Below the pieces are notes generated by a model, which was given only the letters and a program-made list of their open reading frames with translations, had not been told where the DNA came from and made no database searches. Below are positions 18,101 through 26,170 of a DNA stretch of 64,000 nucleotides, piece after piece. Position 1 is the stretch's first letter; the number at the start of each line of letters is the position of its first letter. Location of the stretch: assembly GCA_964609925.1 (NCBI GenBank), contig CAZSUJ010000008.1, positions 4,785-68,784 of the forward strand, in the 5' to 3' direction. Source of the stretch: an uncultured Chthoniobacter sp. Lineage in GTDB: Bacteria; Verrucomicrobiota; Verrucomicrobiia; Chthoniobacterales; JACTMZ01. The position numbers and the translations under genes were made by a program.

Positions 18101-19634
18101 CAACAACATCGCGTCCAACGGCGATCAGCACTCGATGTGGAACACATTCCAGCACCGCCGCGCCGACAACGGGCTTTGGAGTTTCTACCCGTGGGACACC
18201 GACATCGCCTTCAACCCGACCCAACTCATGGCCAACGGGTCGCCCCTGCTGCAGATGCACCCGTATTACCAGACGCCGAACCACCCCAGCATGTGGAGCA
18301 TTTCCGACGCCTTACCACTGGGCTCGGTCCTGTTTTATCCCGAAACCGGCCCCGATTCGGTCTACACGCTTTCCTACCGCCACCGTCAGCAGATGAACCT
18401 CTGGCGCCTCAGCCAGACCTTGTTCACCGAGGGATTCCTCGACCCCATCCTCGATCAGCTGGTGACCGAAGTCGGTCCGGCCTTCGACCAGATTGCCTCG
18501 CTGCCGGGACAGGGCAGCGACGCACGCCGCCGTTTCGTCTCGCAGGTGAACAACGTGAAGACCTTCATCGAGCAGCGGCGCGCCTGGCTCTACGGCGCCG
18601 ATTGGTCGGACAAGGATCCGGCGATTTGGAGTGCCGATAAATCCTACGACCCCACCGCCGTGGTGATCAGCGAGATCATGGTCGATCCGGCCGCAGGCCC
18701 CCGTTACATCGAACTCTACAACCCCACCACCGAGAGCATCGACGCCAGTTGGTGGCGGTTGGACATCGGGACCAGCCAGTTCCGCCTGCCCCACGGCACG
18801 CTGATCGCCCCGGAGTCCCGCCTGGTCATCACCGAGTCCCAATCCTCGCTCACCACCCTCTACACCGAGTTCTCCGATCCCACCCGGATGGTCCAGCGGA
18901 ACAACAGCCTGCCGCTGTGGGACGACGCCTTCGACCCGTTGGCCAAGTCCGAGTATCGCACCCGCGCCGTCGAGATCCCCGGGCTGCAACTGCCCTTGCT
19001 CGGCACCACCATCACGCTGCGGGACTGGCAGGAGCGTGTCGTCTGCCAAGTGCCCTACCTGCAAGGCGCGGGCTGGCCCACCGTCCCGGGCTCTTCGTTG
19101 GAACTGGTGGCAGGACAGAATCCCGCGCTCCCCACCTCGTGGCGCTCGAGCTTCAACGTCGGGACACCCGGCTCGGCCAACACGGCGGATGACGATCTGG
19201 ATGCGGACAGCCTCCCCGACTCATGGGAGCAGCAACTGGTCGATCACTTCGGCCACATCCAGAACATCGCCGACGTTGATCCCAACCGGGCCGAATTCGG
19301 AGACGGCTTGTCGAACCGAGACAAATACGTCATGGGCCTCGATCCCACGCTTCCCGGACAGAAGGCACAACTGCTCTCCATCGAAGCGACCGGCCCAACC
19401 ATGGAGATCACCTACCCCACGGTGGCCCCGGGGAGCGGCTACATCAACCGCTTCTACACGCTGGAGTGGAAACCCAGCCTAACCGGCCCCCAGGCTTGGA
19501 CCCCAGTCGAGAGCCACCGGGAAAGGCCGGGCGACGGGCTCACCCACACCTACACCAACAGCATCCTCGGACAAGGCCCCGGCTTCTTCCGCCTCCTCAT
19601 CGACGCCGAGCCCGCCAGACAATCCGGCTGGTGA
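15189..19634 (+). CDS. giant secreted multi-LTD / CotH-family protein
   Basis: ATG 15189 (M46 of ORF 15054..19634) gives the signal MRTFWYLFAFVFLGLASGRSQ. LTD-like units repeat (VFSEIHYNP..YEFLELKN, VLNEILAH..AIELKN, VINEVMYHP..YIEFFN, VISEIMVDP..YIELYN). The central block NKGRDYDSFF..VNEYLFYRL..LWIDGD resembles CotH. An Asp-rich DDDLDADSLPDSWE lies near the C-terminus. Confidence 0.8.
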   Translation: MRTFWYLFAFVFLGLASGRSQTIVFSEIHYNPADGAVSGNDYEFLELKNTGPAAVDLRGAAMVAGITYTFTQSVIVPAGGSLVLAKNRTRFAERYPTVTNLAPGVFGGQLSNSGETLTLVNGQGAQLYSVTYKDTDGWPLRADGLGSSLVLENPTGNPDDPANWKDSALLHGQPGQESLTAWTDVVLNEILAHTDPPEEDAIELKNLSSGPIDLTGWFLTDNPSFPTKYKITSASPLPGGGYRVFYEYQFNANPPVDPQNQPFLISSTGESVLLLAPHPNGLRIVDGVKVPATPNGVTFGRHLDGVGSFTLLEFLTFGSTGYTTPEQFRMGQGAANSGPLVESVVINEVMYHPATEPEENFEYIEFFNRGPVAIDLSGWVMRGVGDYAFPAGTTISAGGYLVLASNPAAVIAKYGLNPTTVVGPYTGQLSNSGELLRLTDADGVIIDFVEYQHAEPWPAAADGQGPSLERLAPGVRGDGLSNWHSSRATTDWVQLTWTQTVSGSSQDLRIWADYNGLIWLDDVSVKKVGTPTELVPNGGFEEGAAGWTAVGNHAASRPEPAQGRNGTSGYGIGANFTRILADNTAYVYQGDSATNNVRTGAIATEDGQEYEVSLWLRRGSLGGKVNVLFAGQTRSVDFGNAGTPGAANSITLPEPGPGIQNVAHASNTVAIGGTNAVVADISGSPDLVELRYRFVGDGTYKFTAMDYQSVPMTPTGGTSYSGTIPGMGTNGAVLYHIRARKNALAYEVVSPRFDDPNRDWGYRVESNPMQTTVPNWRIYVDGGPIVYPFSLYAVAVSPDGQVFPHSIVRHRGRVSSSSPTTTGIALRMNKGRDYDSFFAPDQEAINFRHRRNISTAQHSRTVNEYLFYRLQRLLGLVTAHTRHVCLWIDGDPTITMELESPQNGFLDVHGLDSADYISRAGYTGRNRIDGDDLLDNFDLTQWQLENASGPDKLTLVKNNLWLETTLLSIALNNIASNGDQHSMWNTFQHRRADNGLWSFYPWDTDIAFNPTQLMANGSPLLQMHPYYQTPNHPSMWSISDALPLGSVLFYPETGPDSVYTLSYRHRQQMNLWRLSQTLFTEGFLDPILDQLVTEVGPAFDQIASLPGQGSDARRRFVSQVNNVKTFIEQRRAWLYGADWSDKDPAIWSADKSYDPTAVVISEIMVDPAAGPRYIELYNPTTESIDASWWRLDIGTSQFRLPHGTLIAPESRLVITESQSSLTTLYTEFSDPTRMVQRNNSLPLWDDAFDPLAKSEYRTRAVEIPGLQLPLLGTTITLRDWQERVVCQVPYLQGAGWPTVPGSSLELVAGQNPALPTSWRSSFNVGTPGSANTADDDLDADSLPDSWEQQLVDHFGHIQNIADVDPNRAEFGDGLSNRDKYVMGLDPTLPGQKAQLLSIEATGPTMEITYPTVAPGSGYINRFYTLEWKPSLTGPQAWTPVESHRERPGDGLTHTYTNSILGQGPGFFRLLIDAEPARQSGW

Positions 19635-20010
19635 GCTGCTGCTGACCCGCGGGCTCGTGTTCCCGCGACCGGATCGGCTCCGATGTGTGGGCGCTGGATG
19701 ACGGTGGGATCAAACCGCGGCCACCAACAGGGCACCGGACTTCATGCGGGCCGCCATGTCTCATCCAAGCGCGCATCGAAATGTTTGGAGGCAGCGCTGG
19801 GCGTCGACCGACACCCGCAGCATGTGCCCGTTCAGACCGCACCGGAATCAGTGCGCTGCCAACTGGCGGGAAATGAGCGCGTCCGCGCGGGCGATGGCTT
19901 TGCGGGCCGCGCGTGATTCCTCAGGTGTGGAGGAGCGGAATCCGTGCTTCCGCAAGATTTGATCCGACTCATCCACGGTCATCAGCGGGCCGACCAACCG
20001 ACCCGCTCGT

Positions 20011-20316
20011 TCAGTGGGCGAGGAAATCGGCGAGGTAGTTTTCGGCATTTTGCGCAATGTCGCGGAGGGCATAGTTGAATGCTTCGCTGTAAGTCAACGT
20101 AGGGCAGGGCAGTTTGCCGCGCAAGCCCTCGACCAGCCCGAGAACGTCGCGATGGGCAAAACCATGGGCCGTGTCGTAGCGGGTCACGCACTGCAACTGG
20201 CCCGCAACCTCACACAGCAACACGACGCGAAACGACGCGGTCTTTCCCGCCACGATGTTCCGCCATGCGAAGATGTGACCGCAGGCCAACCATCGGATGA
20301 ACTCCTTCTCCGGCAT
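20011..20316 (-). CDS. hypothetical protein (101 aa)
   Basis: ATG 20316 inside ORF 20011..20649. The region upstream of this ATG is Arg/Pro-rich shadow-like sequence. No family was recognised with confidence. Confidence 0.35.
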   Translation of the reverse strand: MPEKEFIRWLACGHIFAWRNIVAGKTASFRVVLLCEVAGQLQCVTRYDTAHGFAHRDVLGLVEGLRGKLPCPTLTYSEAFNYALRDIAQNAENYLADFLAH

Positions 20317-20456
20317 GCGCCGGACAATATCACCGGTGCCAAGCTGGCTGCAGAGTGCGGCCGCATCCGGCGGCCTCGCCCTCCCTTCGCCTCGCTGCTC
20401 CTGACCGACCGTCCCTGGGCCCGCGGCAGACTTTTGCCCGCGCCCCGGGGCGCGCT

Positions 20457-20846
20457 TCACCAAAGCACCTTCACTCCCGGATACCCCGCGATGTGCGGGT
20501 CGCCGGTCACGATGGTCATCTGCTCCACGAGGGCTTGCGCCACGAGCATCCGGTCGAACGGATCGCGGTGGAGGAAGGGCAGGTCGATGACGCGGCGGGT
20601 ATGACGCCATTCCACGGGCAGAGCCTGCGCTGCGCCGCTCTCGATCCACTCGGCATGGAGACTTTCGACGCCGCCGAGCAGTTCGAGTTTCTTGAGCGAC
20701 GCCTTGATCGCAATCTCCCAGAAGGTTGATTCGCTGATGAAGAGTTCGTTGCCGGGGTCGGCCAGGGCGGCCCGCACCTGCTCCGGCAACCGCGCGTCGC
20801 CGGACCGATGCCAGATCAATGGTTGGGCATCAAGGAGGAGCCTCAT
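20457..20846 (-). CDS. vapC: PIN-domain toxin VapC
   Basis: 129 aa. LLLDAQPLIW, STFWEIAIK and DPFDRMLVAQAL are typical of a VapC PIN domain. ATGA overlap with the upstream antitoxin. Confidence 0.85.
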   Translation of the reverse strand: MRLLLDAQPLIWHRSGDARLPEQVRAALADPGNELFISESTFWEIAIKASLKKLELLGGVESLHAEWIESGAAQALPVEWRHTRRVIDLPFLHRDPFDRMLVAQALVEQMTIVTGDPHIAGYPGVKVLW

Positions 20847-21088
20847 TTCATGTAGTCCGCCATGTCATCCAGCGGCGCGTCGAAGTCTGCCGCGAGGTGC
20901 GGCACCGTCCCCGCTCCGTAACCGAAGGGGAGCCGGACCGTCTTTTTCCCTCCCCCGAGGGGCCGGAGTTCCGCCACCGGCTTGCCCCTCTTGGTGATGA
21001 CATAGACCGCACCGCTCTTTTCCACCTTGGCCACCATCTCGGAAAGGTGCGTCTTGGCCTCAAACAGACCGGTCTCCTGAATCTTCAT
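20843..21088 (-). CDS. Phd/YefM-family antitoxin
   Basis: 81 aa. AKTHLSEMVAKVEKSGAVYVITKRGKPVAELRP is the Phd/YefM N-terminal fold signature. Confidence 0.8.
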   Translation of the reverse strand: MKIQETGLFEAKTHLSEMVAKVEKSGAVYVITKRGKPVAELRPLGGGKKTVRLPFGYGAGTVPHLAADFDAPLDDMADYMK

Positions 21089-21094
21089 GAACAG

Positions 21095-21124
21095 ACTAGA
21101 TTACAAACTAGTTGGAATTGTCAA
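21095..21124 (-). promoter_or_regulatory. candidate promoter and operator of the phd-vapC operon
   Basis: On the minus strand TTGACA (21124-21119), a 15-nt spacer and TAATCT (21103-21098) lie about 10 nt before the ATG. The inverted repeat ACTAG-N8-CTAGT (21095-21112) overlaps the -10. This is a locally AT-rich patch in a GC-rich genome. Confidence 0.35.
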
Positions 21125-21148
21125 CAAACGAACCTTCCCGCAGACCGT

Positions 21149-22420
21149 TCAATGTTGCCCACCAAACTGACCTCCGGGAGGAGTTGCTGAGCTGTGATGG
21201 AGGTTTCCGCCGCGCGTGATCGCCTCTCGCCGCGCCATGAGGTGGGCGCGGGCGGCCGGATCTTCGCAGAGGCCGATGGCGCGCTCGTAGGCCGCACCTG
21301 CTTCCGCCGTGCGCCCCGCATCGGCCAACAAGCGGGCCTTTGCTGCCCAGAACGGCTGATGATTCGCGGTGCGGTCTTCGTCAATCCTCGCCAGCAAGTC
21401 GAGGCCCTGCGCCGGGCCCGAGACATGTGCGACGGCCACGGCGTGGCCGATCCGTGCACCGATGGCCGGGGTGATCTTCAACAGCGCCTCGTAGATCGCG
21501 ACGATCGCAAGCCAGTTGACGCCGCCGGTGATGCGGCGCTCGGCATGCGCGGAGTGGATCGCGGCCTCCAGTTGGAAGCGGCCCGGCTGGTTCATGGCCG
21601 CAGCCTCGGCGAGCAACAACTCAGCGCGGTCGATCGAGGCGTGGTCCCACCGGGAGCAGTCCTGCTCGTCGAGCGGAACGTAGCGGCCGTCGTCGTCGCT
21701 GCGGGCGCGGGCCCGGGCGCTGCTGTGGAGAATGAGGGAGAGCAGGCCGGTGGCCTCGGCGGATTCGGGGACAAGTTTGTGCGTCAACTCGGCCAGCCGC
21801 AGGGCCTCATGCGTCAGTGCCTGTGGGGAGCCTTGGGTGAACGCCGCGTAGATCGCGTCGAGCACGTAGCCGAGCCGCTCAGGCAGCGACTCGGGCTCCG
21901 GGACGGCGAACGGAATCCGGGCGGCTTTGATTTTCGCCTTCGCCCGCACGAGCCGCTGGGCCATGGCCTCGGGGGCGACGAGGAAGGCGGACGCGATGCT
22001 CCGCGCGTCGATCCCGAGTATGACCTGCAACATGAGCGGCGTGCGGGACGCCTCGTCGATGGCCGGGTGGGCGCAGACGAAGAGGAGTTTGAGCCGCTCG
22101 TCGGGGAATTCGGCCTCGTCGGATACCGTCTGCGGCCCGGGATCGAAAGTCTGCCGGACGAGGTCGCCCGACCGTTCCCGCACGGCCTGCCTCCGCTGTC
22201 CATCCAGCAGCCTGCGCCGGGCAACCGTCAGGAGCCACGCGGCCGGCTTGGCCGGGATCCCGCGCGCGGGCCACTGACGGACGGCGTCGAGGATGGCCTC
22301 GCTCAAGGCATCTTCCGCCGCGGCCAGATCGCCGTCGGCCCGGGAGGCCAGGTAGCCGACGAATTGCGCGCGGGATTCGCGCACCGCGGCTTCCAAGGCC
22401 TCCGAGGCGTGGGCGTTCAA
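21149..22420 (-). CDS. ECF-type sigma factor with long C-terminal extension (SigJ/DUF6596-like)
   Basis: Last 423 aa of ORF 21149..22975 from TTG 22420. Sigma region 2-like AWLLTVARRRLLDGQRR and region 4-like ASAFLVAPEAMAQRLVRAKAKI, followed by an extension of about 200 aa. The usual YciI partner lies upstream. Confidence 0.72.
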   Translation of the reverse strand: MNAHASEALEAAVRESRAQFVGYLASRADGDLAAAEDALSEAILDAVRQWPARGIPAKPAAWLLTVARRRLLDGQRRQAVRERSGDLVRQTFDPGPQTVSDEAEFPDERLKLLFVCAHPAIDEASRTPLMLQVILGIDARSIASAFLVAPEAMAQRLVRAKAKIKAARIPFAVPEPESLPERLGYVLDAIYAAFTQGSPQALTHEALRLAELTHKLVPESAEATGLLSLILHSSARARARSDDDGRYVPLDEQDCSRWDHASIDRAELLLAEAAAMNQPGRFQLEAAIHSAHAERRITGGVNWLAIVAIYEALLKITPAIGARIGHAVAVAHVSGPAQGLDLLARIDEDRTANHQPFWAAKARLLADAGRTAEAGAAYERAIGLCEDPAARAHLMARREAITRGGNLHHSSATPPGGQFGGQH

Positions 22421-22431
22421 GCGGCGGGGAA

Positions 22432-22794
22432 CTACGGGGTGGGCGGTGCGGGGAGCACCGGGCGCACTTCCGTCGAGCCGGAGACGGACGAAGGACTGCG
22501 TGCCGCCCATTCCAAAGCGGTGTCGAGGTCGGGCACGTTGATCACGAAGAACCCTCCGAGCATCTCCTTCGATTCCGCGAAGGGGCCGTCGTGCAGGATG
22601 CGCTTGCCGTCGCGGATCCGCACGGTGGTGGCCGTCTCGGGCGGCTGCAGGCCGGCGCCGCTGACCATGATGCCGGACTCGACCAAGGTGTTGCAGTAGG
22701 CCGACCACGCACCCCAGTAGGCGGGGGCTTGTTCGGGATCGTTCCGCTTGGCGATCTCCGACTGCGGCTCTGTGAAGATGAGCATGTATTCCAT
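22432..22794 (-). CDS. YciI-family (DGPF) protein
   Basis: ATG 22794 inside ORF 22432..23424. MEYMLIF..., HDGPFAESKEMLGGFFVI. Confidence 0.8.
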   Translation of the reverse strand: MEYMLIFTEPQSEIAKRNDPEQAPAYWGAWSAYCNTLVESGIMVSGAGLQPPETATTVRIRDGKRILHDGPFAESKEMLGGFFVINVPDLDTALEWAARSPSSVSGSTEVRPVLPAPPTP

Positions 22795-22928
22795 AGTGGT
22801 GGTTGTGTTGTGTGTTGGATTGTTTGGCGAGTCGCGTGATTGCGGCTCGACATAACGTCGTCCGAGCCCGGCTGCAATCGACATGCGTGACGAAAAAAAT
22901 CCGCGTTTTCTGGCGCGGGTCAGCCTGC

Positions 22929-23507
22929 TCAGGCCTTGATCCCGACGAGAGGCAGCACGATGGGCAGCACCGCATTGACGAACTCCTCGCGGCTCTGGGA
23001 CTGGTCCCGCTGCCATTCGGTGGCCGCGCCGCAGATGGCCCAAGTGGCCATGGTGGCGCGGAGTTCGGTGCTGGCGCGCTCTTGCTCGGGACAGGAACTC
23101 ACGGCCCCCTCGACGAGGAAATCGCGCAGGCGGGCGCGGATGGTGGACTCCACGAGAGGGGCGGCTTGCCGCTGGAACTCCTGGCATTGGGCGGAGAAGT
23201 CGGCGAAGAACTCGCACACCGTCTCGATGAGCGCCCGGATGGCGTGGGGGCATTGCGCGGGACGCCCGGCCATGCGCTCCCGGAAGGCCCGGTCGAACCG
23301 GTCCCCGATCAGGTCCTGAAACAGCGCGAACTTGTCCGTGTAGTGGTCGTAGAAGGTCGCACGATTCAAGGTCGAACGGTCGGCGATATCCTGAACCGAG
23401 ATCTCCTGCAGGGGCTTGGCGCACAGCAACTCCTCGAAGGCGCGAAGGAGCATTTCCCTCGTGCGTTTGACCCGCGGGTCGAGTTGGCGGTCAGTCCCCG
23501 TTTCCAC
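22929..23507 (-). CDS. TetR/AcrR-family transcriptional regulator
   Basis: 192 aa with the HTH ISVQDIADRSTLNRATFYDHYTDK. GTG start. Confidence 0.85.
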   Translation of the reverse strand: METGTDRQLDPRVKRTREMLLRAFEELLCAKPLQEISVQDIADRSTLNRATFYDHYTDKFALFQDLIGDRFDRAFRERMAGRPAQCPHAIRALIETVCEFFADFSAQCQEFQRQAAPLVESTIRARLRDFLVEGAVSSCPEQERASTELRATMATWAICGAATEWQRDQSQSREEFVNAVLPIVLPLVGIKA

Positions 23508-23552
23508 CCCGCAAAAATACCACTTGACCGTTTTCCCGTCTAGTGATGGTAT

Positions 23553-23568
23553 AACGACAGATGTCGTT
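23553..23568. promoter_or_regulatory. candidate TetR operator
   Basis: Perfect palindrome AACGACA-ga-TGTCGTT in the divergent intergenic region between the TetR gene and the DUF5069 gene. It lies just downstream of TGGTATAAC, which may be an extended -10. Confidence 0.4.
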
Positions 23569-23619
23569 TATCAGACAAATGGCGTCCAACTGAACACAAC
23601 ACACCCACGAAAAGACACA

Positions 23620-24066
23620 ATGAGCACCACATTGAATCCCAAAGACCTGACCGTTGAAGCCCCGCGCAGTCCTCGCGCGCGGCTGGGCGGCTACATCATC
23701 CTCGCCCGCGCCCTCGACAAAGGCCGTGCGGCCTTGGCCGGCAAGATCGGCGAATATCACTTCGATTGCCCGGTGGACAACTTCCTTTTCTCCTTCAAGC
23801 AGGTGAAGGGCAGTGACATCAAAGCCCTCCTTGAGCAGGGCGCGACGGACGACGAAGTGGTGGCCTGGCTGAACACCAACGGCGCGCCGAAGACCGCCGC
23901 GGAAATCGAGCAGTTCAACCGCGACACCGAAGGCTACCGCCCCTACGACAACCCGGAGCAGCGTGACTGGTTCGCCGGAGAGGCCAGCAAGGCCGGTCTG
24001 GATCCGGCCAAGGTGACGCTGTTCGATTGGCTCGACGTCGACGACAAGCAGAGCTTCTCGAACTGA
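23620..24066 (+). CDS. DUF5069-like protein
   Basis: ATG 23620 inside ORF 23416..24066. APRSPRARLGGYIILARALDKGRAALAGKIGEYHFDCPVDN matches my memory of the DUF5069 N-terminus. Confidence 0.55.
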   Translation: MSTTLNPKDLTVEAPRSPRARLGGYIILARALDKGRAALAGKIGEYHFDCPVDNFLFSFKQVKGSDIKALLEQGATDDEVVAWLNTNGAPKTAAEIEQFNRDTEGYRPYDNPEQRDWFAGEASKAGLDPAKVTLFDWLDVDDKQSFSN

Positions 24067-24070
24067 GGCG

Positions 24071-24239
24071 GCCGTGACGGGGCGGTCAGGGCTTCCTGAC
24101 TGCCTCGTCAAGCGCCCGGCCCGCCCGACTCCTGCCGCCCAATCTGGCAACGTTTCCTGGAATTGTTGGCTGCCCGCTATGGACGCGCAGCAAGTGCAAA
24201 GCGCGACGGGAAAATGTCAATAAACCATGCCTGACCCCT
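24071..24239 (+). repeat. 169-bp direct repeat, copy 1
   Basis: Aligns without indels to 26171..26339 with about 16 mismatches by eye (roughly 90% identity). Offset is exactly 2,100 bp. Confidence 0.8.
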
Positions 24240-24261
24240 GCGAAGGGAGCTCAAGCAGGCT

Positions 24262-25692
24262 CTAAAGGATCGGGGCAAGGAGGCGGGCGGCTTTGACGCC
24301 GATTTTCATGTGCAGGGGAAGCGCGTGGTAGGCGCGGGCGTCCACTTCCTCGGATTCCGCGAAGTCCCGCTCGAACATGGCCGCGGTCTGCGCGGCGAAG
24401 CGCGCGTCGGCCACCGCGAGGGTGATCTCGAAGTTGAGGCGGAACGAGCGGTTGTCGAAGTTCGCCGTGCCGACGGCGGCAAAGTCGTCATCCACGACCA
24501 GCGCCTTCTGGTGCAGGAATCCGCCGTGGAAGCGGTGGATGTGGATGCCGGGTTCTTCGAGTTCCTTGAGCGGGGCGAAGGAGGCCAGCCAGACAAAGAA
24601 GTGGTCGGCCTTGGCCGGGAGCAGGATGCGCACCTCCACGCCGCGGAGGGCGGCGAGTTCCAAGGCCAGCAGGATGCCTTCGTCCGGCACGAAGTAGGGA
24701 CTGGCGATCCACAGGCGGCGGCGGGCCATGGAGATGACCTGCAGGAAGAAGAGCGTGCATTGCTCGTTCTGGTCCGACGGCCCCGAGTCCAGCACGAGGG
24801 CGCGCTGGTCCGGGGGCCCGGCGGGCGGGACGTGCGGTTGCCAGAGGACGTTGATCATTTCCCCCGTGGCGAAAAACCAATCGGCGGCGAAGGACATTTG
24901 CAACTGCAGCACGGTCGGCCCCTCGACCCGCACGTGCGTGTCACGCCAACGGCCGAACTTCGGATCGAGCCCGAGATATTCGTCGCCGACATTGTGTCCG
25001 CCGATGAAGCCGACGCGTCCGTCAACGACCACGTTCTTGCGGTGGTTGCGGAAGTTGAGCCGCCAACGGTCGCGCCAGCCACGGAAGGCGCAGAACGGAA
25101 CCATGCGCACGCCGCGGGCGGTCCACTCCCGGGCGATGCGCCGCGTGAGGCCGGCGCTGCCGAGCTGGTCGTAGAGGAAGCAGACCTCGACTCCTTCGGC
25201 GGCCTTGGCCGCGAGGGCCTCGAAGAGCCGGAGGCCGAGGCCGTCGGGGCGCACGATGTAGAACTGCACGAGGATGGACCGGCGCGCGGTGGCGATCTCC
25301 CCGAGGATGGCGTCAAACGTGGCTTGGCCGTCGATCAGCAGCTCCAACTGATTGCCGCGGAGGAAATCCCACCCGGCGATGGCGGTCAGCGTCGCGGCCT
25401 CCGGAGGCGCGAGGTCGGCGGGATCGACGCGATAGGGTTCGGTGGACTGGCGGATGGCGGCGATGCGGTCGCGGCTCTCCTCGAACTTGCGCGCCATGAC
25501 CTCCGCGTGCGTGTCGAAACGCCGGCTGCCGAAGAACCAGTAAAGCGGCACGGCCAACAGCGGGAAGGCCAGGAGGCCGACGACCCAAGCGATCGTGCCC
25601 TGCGGGGTGCGCACGGTGAACAGGGCGTGAACCGCGCTGATCACCCCCGCCACCTGCAGGGCCACAAGCAAGCTGGAGAGAAGCCATACCAT
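24262..25692 (-). CDS. cls: cardiolipin synthase (two HKD motifs)
   Basis: ATG 25692 inside ORF 24262..25833. N-terminal transmembrane helices, HRKNVVVDG..GGHNVGDEY and HQKALVVDDDFAAVGTANFDNRS. Confidence 0.85.
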   Translation of the reverse strand: MVWLLSSLLVALQVAGVISAVHALFTVRTPQGTIAWVVGLLAFPLLAVPLYWFFGSRRFDTHAEVMARKFEESRDRIAAIRQSTEPYRVDPADLAPPEAATLTAIAGWDFLRGNQLELLIDGQATFDAILGEIATARRSILVQFYIVRPDGLGLRLFEALAAKAAEGVEVCFLYDQLGSAGLTRRIAREWTARGVRMVPFCAFRGWRDRWRLNFRNHRKNVVVDGRVGFIGGHNVGDEYLGLDPKFGRWRDTHVRVEGPTVLQLQMSFAADWFFATGEMINVLWQPHVPPAGPPDQRALVLDSGPSDQNEQCTLFFLQVISMARRRLWIASPYFVPDEGILLALELAALRGVEVRILLPAKADHFFVWLASFAPLKELEEPGIHIHRFHGGFLHQKALVVDDDFAAVGTANFDNRSFRLNFEITLAVADARFAAQTAAMFERDFAESEEVDARAYHALPLHMKIGVKAARLLAPIL

Positions 25693-25823
25693 GCGTCCGC
25701 CTACTTCTCCGCCCCGCAAGGGGTCAGAGCAAGCAGCCAAAACAAGGGGGGAGCCGAACAGTCCGGGATGCCCCAAAAAAAGATTGAACGCCGGCCACCC
25801 GACCAAGGTCTGACCCCCCGCAT

Positions 25824-25964
25824 ATGAAATCACTCCTTACACTCACCCTCACGGCCCTGACCCTTGCTGCCTTCAGCACCACCGTCCTCGCGGGCGATTG
25901 CGGTGACTGCCCGGCGGGCGAAAAGAAGGACAAGGCCAAGACGGAGCAAGGCAAGGCGAGCTGA
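25824..25964 (+). CDS. small secreted Cys-x-x-Cys, Lys-rich peptide (46 aa)
   Basis: Not in the ORF track because it is under 60 aa. I read ATG 25824 to TGA 25962-25964, translating to MKSLLTLTLTALTLAAFSTTVLAGDCGDCPAGEKKDKAKTEQGKAS. The N-terminus is clearly signal-peptide-like, and a strong terminator follows. Confidence 0.4.
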   Translation: MKSLLTLTLTALTLAAFSTTVLAGDCGDCPAGEKKDKAKTEQGKAS

Positions 25965-25989
25965 AGCTCGACTTCCATCAATCACAGGG

Positions 25990-26021
25990 AAGGGCGGCCC
26001 CCAAGGCCGCCCTTCTTCTTT
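25990..26021 (+). terminator. Rho-independent terminator
   Basis: Perfect 10-bp stem AAGGGCGGCC / GGCCGCCCTT with a 5-nt loop, followed by the T-rich CTTCTTT. Confidence 0.6.
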
Positions 26022-26101
26022 CGCGGGGGTGGGCCTGGCGCAGGGGCTGCAACTTGCCAACACGCGGCCGGTCCGGAGGCCCGGCCCCAACTTTTCGGGC
26101 C

Positions 26102-26170
26102 TTACTCTTCGGTGAAGACGGCGCGGAAGAAAGAGGCGGGCTGAGTTCGGGGGGCGGTGAGTTCGAGGAG
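26102..26170 (-). pseudogene. orphan 3'-end fragment related to the 38651..42118 gene
   Basis: The minus strand reads ..LLELTAPRTQPASFFRAVFTEE-stop. The intact gene ends ..LLQLTAPTSEPAAFFRAIYTEE-stop. No upstream ORF continues this fragment. Confidence 0.55.

Noticed and set aside
23491-24150. ORFs beginning MPDWAAG(V/A)GRAGRLT.. at 23491..24150 and 25978..26250, which look like a small paralogous protein family.
   Set aside because: The shared N-termini are simply the 169-bp DNA repeat read on the minus strand. Downstream, the ORFs run antisense through the DUF5069 gene or through non-coding DNA.
24145-24175. Sigma-54-like promoter inside the 169-bp repeat (TGGCAACGTTTCCTGG).
   Set aside because: The -12 element would be TTCC rather than TTGC and the spacing does not fit TGGCAC-N5-TTGC. 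Copy 1 would also fire antisense into the 3' end of cls. The evidence is not sufficient.
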